Shown here: positions 49,603 through 58,510 of the stretch, piece after piece
Layout of the letters: every line of letters begins with the position of its first letter
Numbering within the stretch: position 1 is the stretch's first letter
Assembly (NCBI GenBank): GCA_051418015.1
Contig: JBPRGF010000031.1
Span: forward strand, 32,001 to 96,000
DNA: 64,000 nt
Reading direction: 5' to 3'
Source of the DNA: Candidatus Nitrospinota bacterium M3_3B_026
GTDB taxonomy: Bacteria > Nitrospinota_A > UBA7883 > JBPRGF01
Made by a program: the position numbers and the translations under genes
Notes under the pieces: generated by a model
What the model was told of the DNA's origin: nothing
Database searches by the model: none
What the model saw: only the letters and a program-made list of their open reading frames with translations

Positions 49603-51945
49603 TCAGCACTTCGAGTAGCCGCAGGAGGAGCAGAGCAGGCACCCGTCGGCGTAGCGCAGCGAGCTTCCGCAATCCGGGCAGGCCCCGGCGCTTTTGGCCG
49701 CCTCGTTCGCCTCCAGCGCCCCGGGTCTGGCGGCGCCGTTGCCGCTCGCGCCCCTGGCTTTCCCTCCCCTGCTTTCATCCAGCCTGCCGAGGGCCTTGCC
49801 GATGGCGTCGGCGCAGGAGGCTATGCGGATGCCCTTGTCCCAGGCGGGCTGGTGGCACGATATGCCCATGAGTTGCTTTTGTATCTCCGACACGTCCACC
49901 CCCGCCCGCAGGGCAAGGGAGACCAGCCTGCCGATCGACTCCGTCTGCGAGGCGGCGCAGCCCCCGGCCTTGCCGAGCTGGGAGAAAAGCTCAAGGGGCC
50001 TTCCCTCCTCGTCCATGTTTATGGTGATGAACATGGACCCGCATCCGGTGGTGATCCTCTGCGTCAAGCCGTAGACAGTGTCCGGCCTGGGCCTGACGGC
50101 CACCTTCCCGGCGGCCTTCGCGGTCTCCGGGGCGGCCCCCTCGGCGGCGCGGCCCGCGCCCGTCGTGAGGACCTGCTCGTTCCTGGAGCCGTCGCGGTAT
50201 ATCGTAACCCCCTTCAACCCCAGCTGGTGGGCGAGGGTGTAGACCTTCCGGACATCGTCCTTCGTCGCCTCCCGGGGGAAGTTCACCGTCTTGGAGACGG
50301 CGTTGTCCGTGTGTTTCTGGAAGGCCGCCTGGGTCCTGATGTGCCATTCCGGGCTCACGCCATGGGCGGTGACGAAGACTTCGCGGATATCCTTCGGCAG
50401 CTCCTCCATGTCCTCGATGTGCCCCTGGTAGGCGACCTTCTCCATCAGGTCGTCGGAGTAAAAGCCCCTCTCACTGGCGGTCTTCTCGAAAAGGGGGTGC
50501 ACTTCCACCAGCCTGTCCTTGTCCATCACGGTGCGGACGAAGGACAGCGCGAACAGCGGCTCTATCCCCGAGGAGCACCCGGCGATGATGCTGATGGTGC
50601 CGGTGGGGGCTATCGTCGTCGTCGTCGCGTTGCGCAGCCGTGGCGCGCCGGGCTTGTCGTAGATGGAGCCGGGGAAGTTCGGGAAAGCCCCGCGTTTCCT
50701 GGCAAGCTCCATGGACGCCTTCTTGGACTCGCCGTCGATGAACTCCATCAGCCTGTCCCCCAGGGCCGTGGCCTCCTCGGAGTTGTAGGGGACCCCCAGC
50801 TTGATGAGCATGTCCGCCCAGCCCATGACGCCGAGGCCGATCTTGCGGTTGGCGCGGGTCAGCTGGGAGATCTTGTCCAGGGGATACTTGTTCATGTCGA
50901 TCACGTTGTCGAGGAACCTAACCGCCGTGTGGACGACGCGCCGGAGCCTCTCCCAGTTCACCTCGCCCTCCCCGGCGACCATCCTGGACAGGTTGACCGA
51001 CCCCAGGTTGCAGGACTCGTAGGGGAGCAGGGGCTGCTCGCCGCAGGGGTTGGTGGACTCTATCTCGCCCACGTGCGGGGTGGGGTTGTCGCGGTTTACC
51101 CTGTCGATGAAGATTATGCCGGGGTCGCCGTTTCTCCAGGCGGACTCCACTATCCTGCCGAAAACCTTCCGGGCGTCGAGGCTGCCCGCCGTCTGGCCGG
51201 TGTGCGGCGCCACGAGGTCATACTCCTCGCCGTTCTCCACGGCTTTCATGAACTTGTCCGTCAGCGCGACGGAGATGTTGAAGTTGGTTATCTGGGTGTT
51301 GTCGCGCTTGCAGTCGATGAAATCCTCGATGTCCGGGTGGTCGACGCGGAGGATGCCCATGTTCGCCCCCCGCCGCGTGCCGCCCTGCTTGACCGACTCC
51401 GTGGCGGCGTCAAAAACCTTCATGAAGGAGACCGGCCCGGAGGAGACGCCGTTGGTCGATTTCACCTGGCTGCCGGCGGGCCGGAGCCGGGAAAAAGAGA
51501 AGCCGGTGCCGCCCCCGCTCTTGTGTATCAGCGCCGTGTCCCGCACCGCGTCGAAGATCGACTCCATCGAGTCATCCACCGGCAGGACGAAACAGGCGGA
51601 AAGCTGCTGCAGCTCCCTGCCGGCGTTCATCAGGGTGGGCGAGTTCGGCATGAACTCGAGGCTCGCCATGACGGAGTAGAACTCCTCCTCGGCGCTGGCG
51701 GCGTCCTCGGCGGCGCCATACCTTACCTCGGCCTGGGCTATGTTGCGCGCCACGCGGCGAAACATGTCCGCGGGGGTCTCTATCACCTCGCCGCGCTCGT
51801 TTTTCCTCAGGTAGCGGCGCTCCAGGACGCGGACGGCGTTCTCCGAAAGCTCCGGAGATGACGGCGCCACCTGGGCGGCGGGGGCGCTTTTCGGGGACGG
51901 TTCGGATCCTTCCTCGGGGTCGGGTCGAAAGCTTATGTCAGACAT
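49603..51945 (-). CDS. nrdJ: Class II (B12-dependent) ribonucleotide reductase
   Basis: PNSPTLMNAG, LSACFV, TNPCGEQ, TIAPTGTIS; C-terminal TSCPD-like domain and Cys ribbon. Confidence 0.95.
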   Translation of the reverse strand: MSDISFRPDPEEGSEPSPKSAPAAQVAPSSPELSENAVRVLERRYLRKNERGEVIETPADMFRRVARNIAQAEVRYGAAEDAASAEEEFYSVMASLEFMPNSPTLMNAGRELQQLSACFVLPVDDSMESIFDAVRDTALIHKSGGGTGFSFSRLRPAGSQVKSTNGVSSGPVSFMKVFDAATESVKQGGTRRGANMGILRVDHPDIEDFIDCKRDNTQITNFNISVALTDKFMKAVENGEEYDLVAPHTGQTAGSLDARKVFGRIVESAWRNGDPGIIFIDRVNRDNPTPHVGEIESTNPCGEQPLLPYESCNLGSVNLSRMVAGEGEVNWERLRRVVHTAVRFLDNVIDMNKYPLDKISQLTRANRKIGLGVMGWADMLIKLGVPYNSEEATALGDRLMEFIDGESKKASMELARKRGAFPNFPGSIYDKPGAPRLRNATTTTIAPTGTISIIAGCSSGIEPLFALSFVRTVMDKDRLVEVHPLFEKTASERGFYSDDLMEKVAYQGHIEDMEELPKDIREVFVTAHGVSPEWHIRTQAAFQKHTDNAVSKTVNFPREATKDDVRKVYTLAHQLGLKGVTIYRDGSRNEQVLTTGAGRAAEGAAPETAKAAGKVAVRPRPDTVYGLTQRITTGCGSMFITINMDEEGRPLELFSQLGKAGGCAASQTESIGRLVSLALRAGVDVSEIQKQLMGISCHQPAWDKGIRIASCADAIGKALGRLDESRGGKARGASGNGAARPGALEANEAAKSAGACPDCGSSLRYADGCLLCSSCGYSKC

Positions 51946-52023
51946 CGGCGCCTCTTTCGATCAGGGTTGACAGGGTTCCAAGGCCCGGAGGAGCCTGAAA
52001 TATACTTAAATATGATTTCATAT

Positions 52024-52071
52024 ACACAGCATGTTGTATGAGCGAAAATACTATCCCACCATATATAGCGA
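52024..52071. promoter_or_regulatory. Tandem NrdR boxes
   Basis: ACACAGCATGTTGTAT (52024-52039) and CCACCATATATAGCGA (52056-52071), 32 bp apart, upstream of nrdJ. Confidence 0.75.
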
Positions 52072-52333
52072 GTCAAGCTCTTTTTCGAGCTTTTTTACCA
52101 ACAGTTTCTTCCACATTTTTTCCACAGCCGGAGCCCCCTTTATCTGTTTACAATATAAGCCCCCGGCGGCTTTTCCAGAGGTTTTGGGTTTAAATTTTCG
52201 ATACATTTTCGCCCAAGGGGCGGGATAGCGGCAACCGTAAAAAAGCGCCGCCGCCCCCCCCTTCGGCTTCGTTCAGGACGGCGATACCGGACGGCGCTGG
52301 CCGGGTTGCGCGAGGGTCTTTTTCAGAGGAGGG

Positions 52334-53428
52334 TCAGGACGCGCCTGGGGCTTTGCCGATCCTGTCCCTGCCCTCCGTCTTGGCGGAGTAGAGGGCCCTG
52401 TCGGCGGCGTCTATTATCTGCTCCATGGTCTTTCCGCTTTCCGGGTAGCAGGAGACGCCTCCGGAGATGGTCACATTGCGGGGCTCCTCGCCTTCCACCT
52501 GGATCGCGGCCTCCTCTTTCACCGCGCCGCGCAGCTTCTCCGCGACGAACAGGGCGTCGGCGACGGATATCCCCGGCAGCAGGACGACGAACTCCTCCCC
52601 GCCGTATCGGGCCATGACGTCCTCCTGGCGGGTGTTCTTTTTCAGCACGCCGCCGATCTTCTTCAGCACGTCGTCGCCGACGAGGTGGCCGTAGGTGTCG
52701 TTGACATCCTTGAAATGGTCGACGTCCATCATGATGAGGGAGAAGACGCCCGTGTCCCTCCTGGCCTTGCTGATCTCCTTTCGCATTATCTCCGTGAAGT
52801 ACCGCCTGGAGTAAAGTCCCGTCAGGGAGTCCGTTATGGCCTGTTTCTGAGTCTCCGAGAAGAGCTTCGAGTTCTCCAGGGCCTGGGCGACGCTCGTGGC
52901 CACGGCGTTGTAGACCAGGAGGTCCCTTTCGCCGATGGCGTTCACCTCCTCCTTGCTGACGTTGAGCACGCCTATGACCCTGCCGGAGCGGGTCCTGAGC
53001 GGGGTTGAGTAGAAGGACCCTATCTCCGGCTCGGCCCCCTTGTAGTAGAGGAACCTTTCGTCCTTGCTGACGTCGCGGACCAGCTCGGCCTCTCCCGTCT
53101 GCGCCACATGGCCGCAGACGCCCTCACCAAGCTTGAAGGTGACCTCCCGGGCGGCCTCGTAGGTGGAGCTGTTCGCCCTCCACATCCTCAGCGCGCTGCT
53201 CGACTCGTCCAGGAGCATCACGGCGAACTTCGTCACGCCGAGCATGTTTTTCATCAGCTCCTCGGCCTCGTGGAATATCGAGTCCATGTGAAAGGAGACG
53301 TGGAGCGACTTGCTGAGGTTGTAAAGCGCGAAGACCTCCATCATGCACTCGGCCAAGGCCCGGCTGTGCTGCCGCGCAAGGTCGAGAAGCTTGACGTCCT
53401 CCCCGCCGGGAAAGCTCTCCGAGTTCAT
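52334..53428 (-). CDS. GAF-GGDEF diguanylate cyclase
   Basis: GAF (GEGVCGHVA), DVDHFKDVNDTYGH, I-site RQED, RYGGEEF. Confidence 0.93.
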   Translation of the reverse strand: MNSESFPGGEDVKLLDLARQHSRALAECMMEVFALYNLSKSLHVSFHMDSIFHEAEELMKNMLGVTKFAVMLLDESSSALRMWRANSSTYEAAREVTFKLGEGVCGHVAQTGEAELVRDVSKDERFLYYKGAEPEIGSFYSTPLRTRSGRVIGVLNVSKEEVNAIGERDLLVYNAVATSVAQALENSKLFSETQKQAITDSLTGLYSRRYFTEIMRKEISKARRDTGVFSLIMMDVDHFKDVNDTYGHLVGDDVLKKIGGVLKKNTRQEDVMARYGGEEFVVLLPGISVADALFVAEKLRGAVKEEAAIQVEGEEPRNVTISGGVSCYPESGKTMEQIIDAADRALYSAKTEGRDRIGKAPGAS

Positions 53429-53563
53429 TTCAGCTCAAGACTCACTCATCATTTGAAAAGGAATCACCCCCCGAGAGGATATTTATATCCTTCCATGCGG
53501 GCGCATGTCAAGTTTTATGTAAGATGTAACCAGCTGTAATAATGGGTGTTCAGGCCCAGCCGC

Positions 53564-54106
53564 CTAGGGTATCTGCTCCAGCGTCTTCATCATCACTTTC
53601 CTGGCGGTGTCGTTCTTTTCGCTGTCCATCTTCTCGCGGATGATCTCCCGCGCCTTCGGGCCGCCGAGCTTGCGCAGGCTCCTTACCGCCGTGAGGCGCA
53701 CCATCACGTCCTCGTCCGACAGCGCCTCCGAGAGGTCCTGGAGCGCCCTTTGCCCCTTGGCCCTCACAAGCGCCTCGCAGGCGGAGGCGCGCAGGTAGGG
53801 GTTCTTTTCCGTTTTCATCTTTCCTTCGAGGAGCCGCTCCACCTCCGCGCCGTCAAAATAGGTCAGCGCCGTCATGGCGCGGGCGCGGACGACGGTGAAG
53901 ACCTCCGGGTCGTCGATCATCCGCAGCAGGTTTTCCCTGGCCGTCTCCGGCTCCAGCCCGGCCCAGTATTCCCTGTCCGGCGCGCCGTGATAGCCGGAGA
54001 GGACGGAGACCAGATCCTCGTAGGACACGACGGCGCCCTGCGCGAAGGCGGGGCCGGATATCATCAATAGCGTGGCGGCGAAGGCCGCGGCCAAAGTCTT
54101 TTTCAT
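53564..54106 (-). CDS. Secreted HEAT-repeat protein
   Basis: Signal peptide ending AFA/Q; ALSDEDVMVRLTAVRSL-type repeats. Confidence 0.8.
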   Translation of the reverse strand: MKKTLAAAFAATLLMISGPAFAQGAVVSYEDLVSVLSGYHGAPDREYWAGLEPETARENLLRMIDDPEVFTVVRARAMTALTYFDGAEVERLLEGKMKTEKNPYLRASACEALVRAKGQRALQDLSEALSDEDVMVRLTAVRSLRKLGGPKAREIIREKMDSEKNDTARKVMMKTLEQIP

Positions 54107-54124
54107 TTTTACGTCTCCTCCGTT

Positions 54125-55357
54125 TTACAGAATGGATGGATGCGTGTTGATGATCTGACCCTGCTGGGTGGAGAGATTTGTCTGGAAATCCCCGCCGGAT
54201 GCGAGCTGAAAGTCCGCCACCCAGAACATCAGGTAATCCGCCCCTTTGCCCCGGCACTCCGGGCCGGAGACTTCTCCATCGGCGTCGGCGTCGTTTTCTA
54301 TGCCGCATTCGGGGGTGTCGCCGAGCGTGTCCGAAGAGCCGTCTTTCTCCGAGGTGTGATAAAGCCCCAGGTAGTGGCCTATCTCGTGGGCGAGTATCTT
54401 CGAGAGAAATATCTGGTCCGTCTCGTGGGCCGTGTACCCCTTCGCCTCGAAACCATAGGAGGCCGCCTGCGCGATGATCCCCGACGCGGCCGTCCCGTGT
54501 ATGAACGCCGGGCCGGGGATGGCCCCGTCGACGCCCAGTATATTCTCCGGCAGACGGGGGACAAGGAAGCAGTTTATCCCCCTGTCGCTCCTCCCCGCTG
54601 TCCCGCGGGAGATGTCGCGCAGAAACTCGTCCATGCTGTCCTCGTCGGTCAGCCGGGCGAGGGCGCCGGGGTCGTCCCGGAACTCGACGTTCAGCGTTCC
54701 GACGGCGACGCCCGCCTGGCTGAATATCTGGTTCATGTAGTTTCTGATGTTCTCCGCCTCGGCTTCGTTCGGGATCACCTCGTTCGGCTCACCCGCTGTG
54801 TAGACGATCAGGTTTATGCCCAGCTCGCCACGGGAGAAGTCCGGATCGTTCTTGCTGGCCTGGTAGACCCTCACAGTGGTGTCGGACCCCGTGAGATTGC
54901 CCACCAGGAAGTCATAGTCTCCGGCGGGGAATTCGCTGGAGACGGCGTAGACAAAGGGCATCACGGCGCTTACCGTGTAATCCCCGTACAGCATCCACAG
55001 GTAATACGGGTAAAACGCAAACGGCAGGCTGGAGCTCCAGTAGATCACCCCCTCGGCCCTGTCGTAGTCGTAGATATAGAGGCCGGCGCTGTTTATCCTG
55101 TCCACCACTACAGGCGCGCCGCTGTCGAACACTATCTCGTTGACGTTGTCGCCGCCCTGCGTCAGGGCGTTCGCGCTCCGGGCGAGCTGCTGGCCGGAGA
55201 CGGTTATGGTCTTGTAAGCGCCCGCCGGGACGGTCACGGTCTTAAGATGCGCCGAGCCGCTCGTCACTTCCTTGTCACCCGAGCCGCCGCCTGAGCCGCC
55301 GCCCCCGCCGCATCCGGAAAGCAGAGCCAGCGCCGCGGCGAAGGCCGCCGGTCTCAT
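54125..55357 (-). CDS. Lipoprotein with metzincin (M43-like) zinc metalloprotease domain
   Basis: Lipobox LSGC + Gly linker; HEIGHYLGLYHT, DTP.C, Met-turn YLMF. Confidence 0.8.
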   Translation of the reverse strand: MRPAAFAAALALLSGCGGGGGSGGGSGDKEVTSGSAHLKTVTVPAGAYKTITVSGQQLARSANALTQGGDNVNEIVFDSGAPVVVDRINSAGLYIYDYDRAEGVIYWSSSLPFAFYPYYLWMLYGDYTVSAVMPFVYAVSSEFPAGDYDFLVGNLTGSDTTVRVYQASKNDPDFSRGELGINLIVYTAGEPNEVIPNEAEAENIRNYMNQIFSQAGVAVGTLNVEFRDDPGALARLTDEDSMDEFLRDISRGTAGRSDRGINCFLVPRLPENILGVDGAIPGPAFIHGTAASGIIAQAASYGFEAKGYTAHETDQIFLSKILAHEIGHYLGLYHTSEKDGSSDTLGDTPECGIENDADADGEVSGPECRGKGADYLMFWVADFQLASGGDFQTNLSTQQGQIINTHPSIL

Positions 55358-55462
55358 CAGACGGCAACGATCAAGACCCATCCGCGATTCCTTTGGTTCG
55401 TCAAAACCGGGAAGACAAAACCGCCATCGAGACCGATTATACCCTTTTCCGGGCAGTGTGGA

Positions 55463-56911
55463 TCAGAATGAAAGGAAGGCCGATTTCGCGAAGGCGATGT
55501 AGCCCGCCGGGTTGATCCCGAGCCACAGCGCGCCATAGGCCGAGACGGCAAGCGCCACCACCACCGGCGCGGCGATCCTGACCGGCTGGGGCTGGCCCTC
55601 CTCCCCGCGCATGTACATCACCACCGTCAGCCGCAGGTAGTAGAAAACCGACACGACGGAGTTGAGCGCCGCCAGGACGGCAAGCGCCACGAACCCCTCC
55701 TCCAGCGCGGCCATGAAGATGTAGAACTTGCCCACGAACCCGGCCGTCGGCGGTATCCCCGCAAGCGAGAAGAGGAACAGCGACAGCGTCGCCGCCAGCA
55801 GCGGGTTCGAGAAGCCAAGGCCGGTGTAGTCGGCGAAGGTGGCCCTCTTTTCCCCCTTGCCCGCGACGGCGGCCACCACGGCGAAGGCGCCAATGTTCAT
55901 GAAGGTGTAGACCAGCATGTAGAAAAGAATCCCCGAGGCGGCCGTCTCGCTCGCCGCCGTCAGGCCGACCAGCGCGTATCCGGCGTGGGCTATCGACGAG
56001 TAGGCCAGCATCCTTTTCACGTTGTCCTGGGCCAGGGCGATGACGTTGCCCACGATCATCGTGGCGGCGGCCAGGACCCACAAAAGCTCCCACCACTGCC
56101 CCGAAAGGGCCGGGAACGCCTCGGCCAGAACCCGCAGAAACGCCGCGAAAGCCGCCGCCTTCGGCCCGGCGGACATGAACGCGGTGACAGGCAGCGGCGC
56201 GCCCTGGTAGACGTCCGGCGTCCACATGTGGAAGGGAACCGCGGCGACCTTGAACGCGAATCCCATGACGATCAGGACAACCCCCGCGCCGAGGATAATG
56301 TCGTTGCCCGTCCCGGCGGCCACGGCCTCGCCTATCTTCGAAAGGCTCGTGGACCCCGTCGCGCCGTAGACCAGCGCCATGCCGTAGAGCAAAAACCCGG
56401 AGGAGAGCGCGCCGAGGATAAAATATTTCAGCGACGATTCGTTGGAGGCGCGCCTGGTCCTCGTGTATCCGGCCAGGACGTAAAGGGAGATCGACATCAC
56501 CTCCAGCCCCATGAAGATCGTCATCATGTCCGCGCCGGAGGCCATGAAGAACATCCCCGCCGTGGCGAAAAGAAGCAGGGCGTAATACTCGCCGCTGTCC
56601 ACCCCCTCTTCCTGGTTGTAGACGATGGAGATCAGGATGGTGAGCCCCGCGCCGAGCAGGAAGACCAGCTTGAAGAACGCCGCGAAGTTGTCCACCGCGT
56701 AGAGTCCCGAGAAGGTCGTCCAGGACTCGCCCGTCAGGGGGATGAGCGCCCCGGCGAGGACCACCCCGGCGAGGGCCATGTAGCCGAGCCTGTCCCTGCC
56801 CTTCTTCTCGGCGAAGACCTCCGCCAGAAGCAGGATGATGGCGAACACCGTGAGCGTGATCTCCGGCGCTATGGCCCCGAGCTTTATGTCCGGAATGGGG
56901 ATAGTTCTCAT
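55463..56911 (-). CDS. nuoN: NADH-quinone oxidoreductase subunit N
   Basis: FKVAAVPFHMWTPDVYQGAP, KRMLAYSSIAH. Confidence 0.95.
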   Translation of the reverse strand: MRTIPIPDIKLGAIAPEITLTVFAIILLLAEVFAEKKGRDRLGYMALAGVVLAGALIPLTGESWTTFSGLYAVDNFAAFFKLVFLLGAGLTILISIVYNQEEGVDSGEYYALLLFATAGMFFMASGADMMTIFMGLEVMSISLYVLAGYTRTRRASNESSLKYFILGALSSGFLLYGMALVYGATGSTSLSKIGEAVAAGTGNDIILGAGVVLIVMGFAFKVAAVPFHMWTPDVYQGAPLPVTAFMSAGPKAAAFAAFLRVLAEAFPALSGQWWELLWVLAAATMIVGNVIALAQDNVKRMLAYSSIAHAGYALVGLTAASETAASGILFYMLVYTFMNIGAFAVVAAVAGKGEKRATFADYTGLGFSNPLLAATLSLFLFSLAGIPPTAGFVGKFYIFMAALEEGFVALAVLAALNSVVSVFYYLRLTVVMYMRGEEGQPQPVRIAAPVVVALAVSAYGALWLGINPAGYIAFAKSAFLSF

Positions 56912-58503
56912 TCGTCCTTGCCCCTCACTTTTTCATGTTCGCCTGTCTCAAGCCCCGCGGGCAGGCTCACGCCCCTGGCGGCGGCGAGTTTTTTGAGCCT
57001 CTCGCTCTCGTGTTCGGCCACGGCTCCCTTCACCTGCCGGACGAGCCGCTCCACGGAGGGCTCCATCTTCTCGAGGAACGGCGTGGGATAGACCCCGATG
57101 ACGAAGATCATCACCACGAGCGGCGAGAAGTAGGCGAACTCGCGGAGGTTGATGTCCTTGAGCTTTTCGTTGGCGGGGTTCGTTATCTTGTTGAACATCA
57201 CCCGCTGGAACATCCAGAGCATGTAGACCGCCGCCCAGATGACGCCCGTCGTGGCTATGGCGGCGTAGACCGGGTTGGCGCCCCACGTTCCCATCAGGAT
57301 CAAAAACTCGCCGATGAACCCGTTCAGCCCCGGCAGGCCGATCGACGACAGCGTCACTATCATGAAAATCGCCGCGAAGACCGGCATCCTTAGCGACACG
57401 CCGCCGTACTCGGAGATGAGCCTGGTGTGCCTGCGCTCGTACAATACCCCCACCGCCAGGAAGAGCGCTCCGGTGGAAAGCCCGTGGTTTATCATCTGTA
57501 TGATGCCGCCCTCGATGGCCTCGATGTTGAGGGCGAATATGCCCAGCATCACGAAGCCCAGGTGGCTGACCGACGAGTAGGCCACCAGCTTTTTCACGTC
57601 CTCCTGGACCATGGCCACCAGCGCGCCGTAGACTATGCCTATCAGGGCGAGCCAGCTGACCCACCAGACCGCCGCCTCCGCCGCCAGCGGGAATATGGGA
57701 AGCGAGAAGCGCAAAAAGCCATACGTCCCCATCTTCAGCAGTATCCCCGCCAGGATGACAGACCCCGCCGTCGGCGCTTCCACGTGAGCGTCCGGCAGCC
57801 ATGTGTGAAACGGGAACATCGGCACCTTGATGGCGAACGCCAAAAAGAAGGCCATGAACAAAAGCGCCTGCGCCCCGGGCGGTATGGCCAGGCCGTGATA
57901 TTTTAGAATCTCCATCGTGTATTCGCCGGTGACCTCGTGGTGGTGGAAGTAGAGCCACAGTATCCCCACGAGCATCAGCACCGAGCCGAACATGGTGTAT
58001 ATGAAAAACTTCACCGCGGCGTAGATTCTGCGCTGCCCGCCCCATATCCCGATGATGAGGTACATGGGGATCAGCATCAGCTCCCAGAAAACGTAGAAGA
58101 GGAAAAAGTCGAGCGCGCAGAAGACGCCGACCATCCCCACCTCCAGAAGCAGAAGCGAGATCATGAACTCCTTGACGTGTTTCTCCACCGCCGTCCAGGT
58201 GGAAAGGACGCAGACCGCCGTGGTCAGCGTCGTCAGCAGGACGAGCAGCATGGAGATGCCGTCTATCCCCAGGTGGTAGCTGATCCCGAAAGAGGGGATC
58301 CACTCCGCCTTCTCCACGAACTGCATCTCGTGGGTGTCCTCGAACGCGAAGAAGAGCGGCAGCGACGCGAAAAAGCCCAGGACCGTCGCGGCGAAAGCCG
58401 TCCCCCGGATCAGGCCCTTGTTCTCCCTGTCGATGAATAAAAGCAGGAACGCCCCCGCCAGGGGGATGAACGTGACTATCGAGAGTATCGGTATGGATGC
58501 CAT
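56908..58503 (-). CDS. nuoM: NADH-quinone oxidoreductase subunit M
   Basis: FWELMLIP, HTWLPDAHVEAPT, KKLVAYSSVSH. Confidence 0.95.
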   Translation of the reverse strand: MASIPILSIVTFIPLAGAFLLLFIDRENKGLIRGTAFAATVLGFFASLPLFFAFEDTHEMQFVEKAEWIPSFGISYHLGIDGISMLLVLLTTLTTAVCVLSTWTAVEKHVKEFMISLLLLEVGMVGVFCALDFFLFYVFWELMLIPMYLIIGIWGGQRRIYAAVKFFIYTMFGSVLMLVGILWLYFHHHEVTGEYTMEILKYHGLAIPPGAQALLFMAFFLAFAIKVPMFPFHTWLPDAHVEAPTAGSVILAGILLKMGTYGFLRFSLPIFPLAAEAAVWWVSWLALIGIVYGALVAMVQEDVKKLVAYSSVSHLGFVMLGIFALNIEAIEGGIIQMINHGLSTGALFLAVGVLYERRHTRLISEYGGVSLRMPVFAAIFMIVTLSSIGLPGLNGFIGEFLILMGTWGANPVYAAIATTGVIWAAVYMLWMFQRVMFNKITNPANEKLKDINLREFAYFSPLVVMIFVIGVYPTPFLEKMEPSVERLVRQVKGAVAEHESERLKKLAAARGVSLPAGLETGEHEKVRGKDE

Positions 58504-58510
58504 AACCCCT

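Noticed and set aside
49588..51861. Long antisense ORFs (e.g. 49588..51861+, 11351..12901+, 30371..32086+, 58334..59953+, 8624..10255-)
   Set aside because: Shadow frames of real genes caused by high-GC codon bias; no motifs.
49603..51945. nrdJ as a phage auxiliary gene
   Set aside because: It has host NrdR boxes and is separated from the cluster by host repeat elements.
53498..53525. dif-like site CGGGCGCATGT-CAAGTT-TTATGTAAGAT
   Set aside because: The inner TAA of the XerC arm is missing, and the sequence overlaps a TTGACA -35 for the GGDEF gene; probably coincidental.
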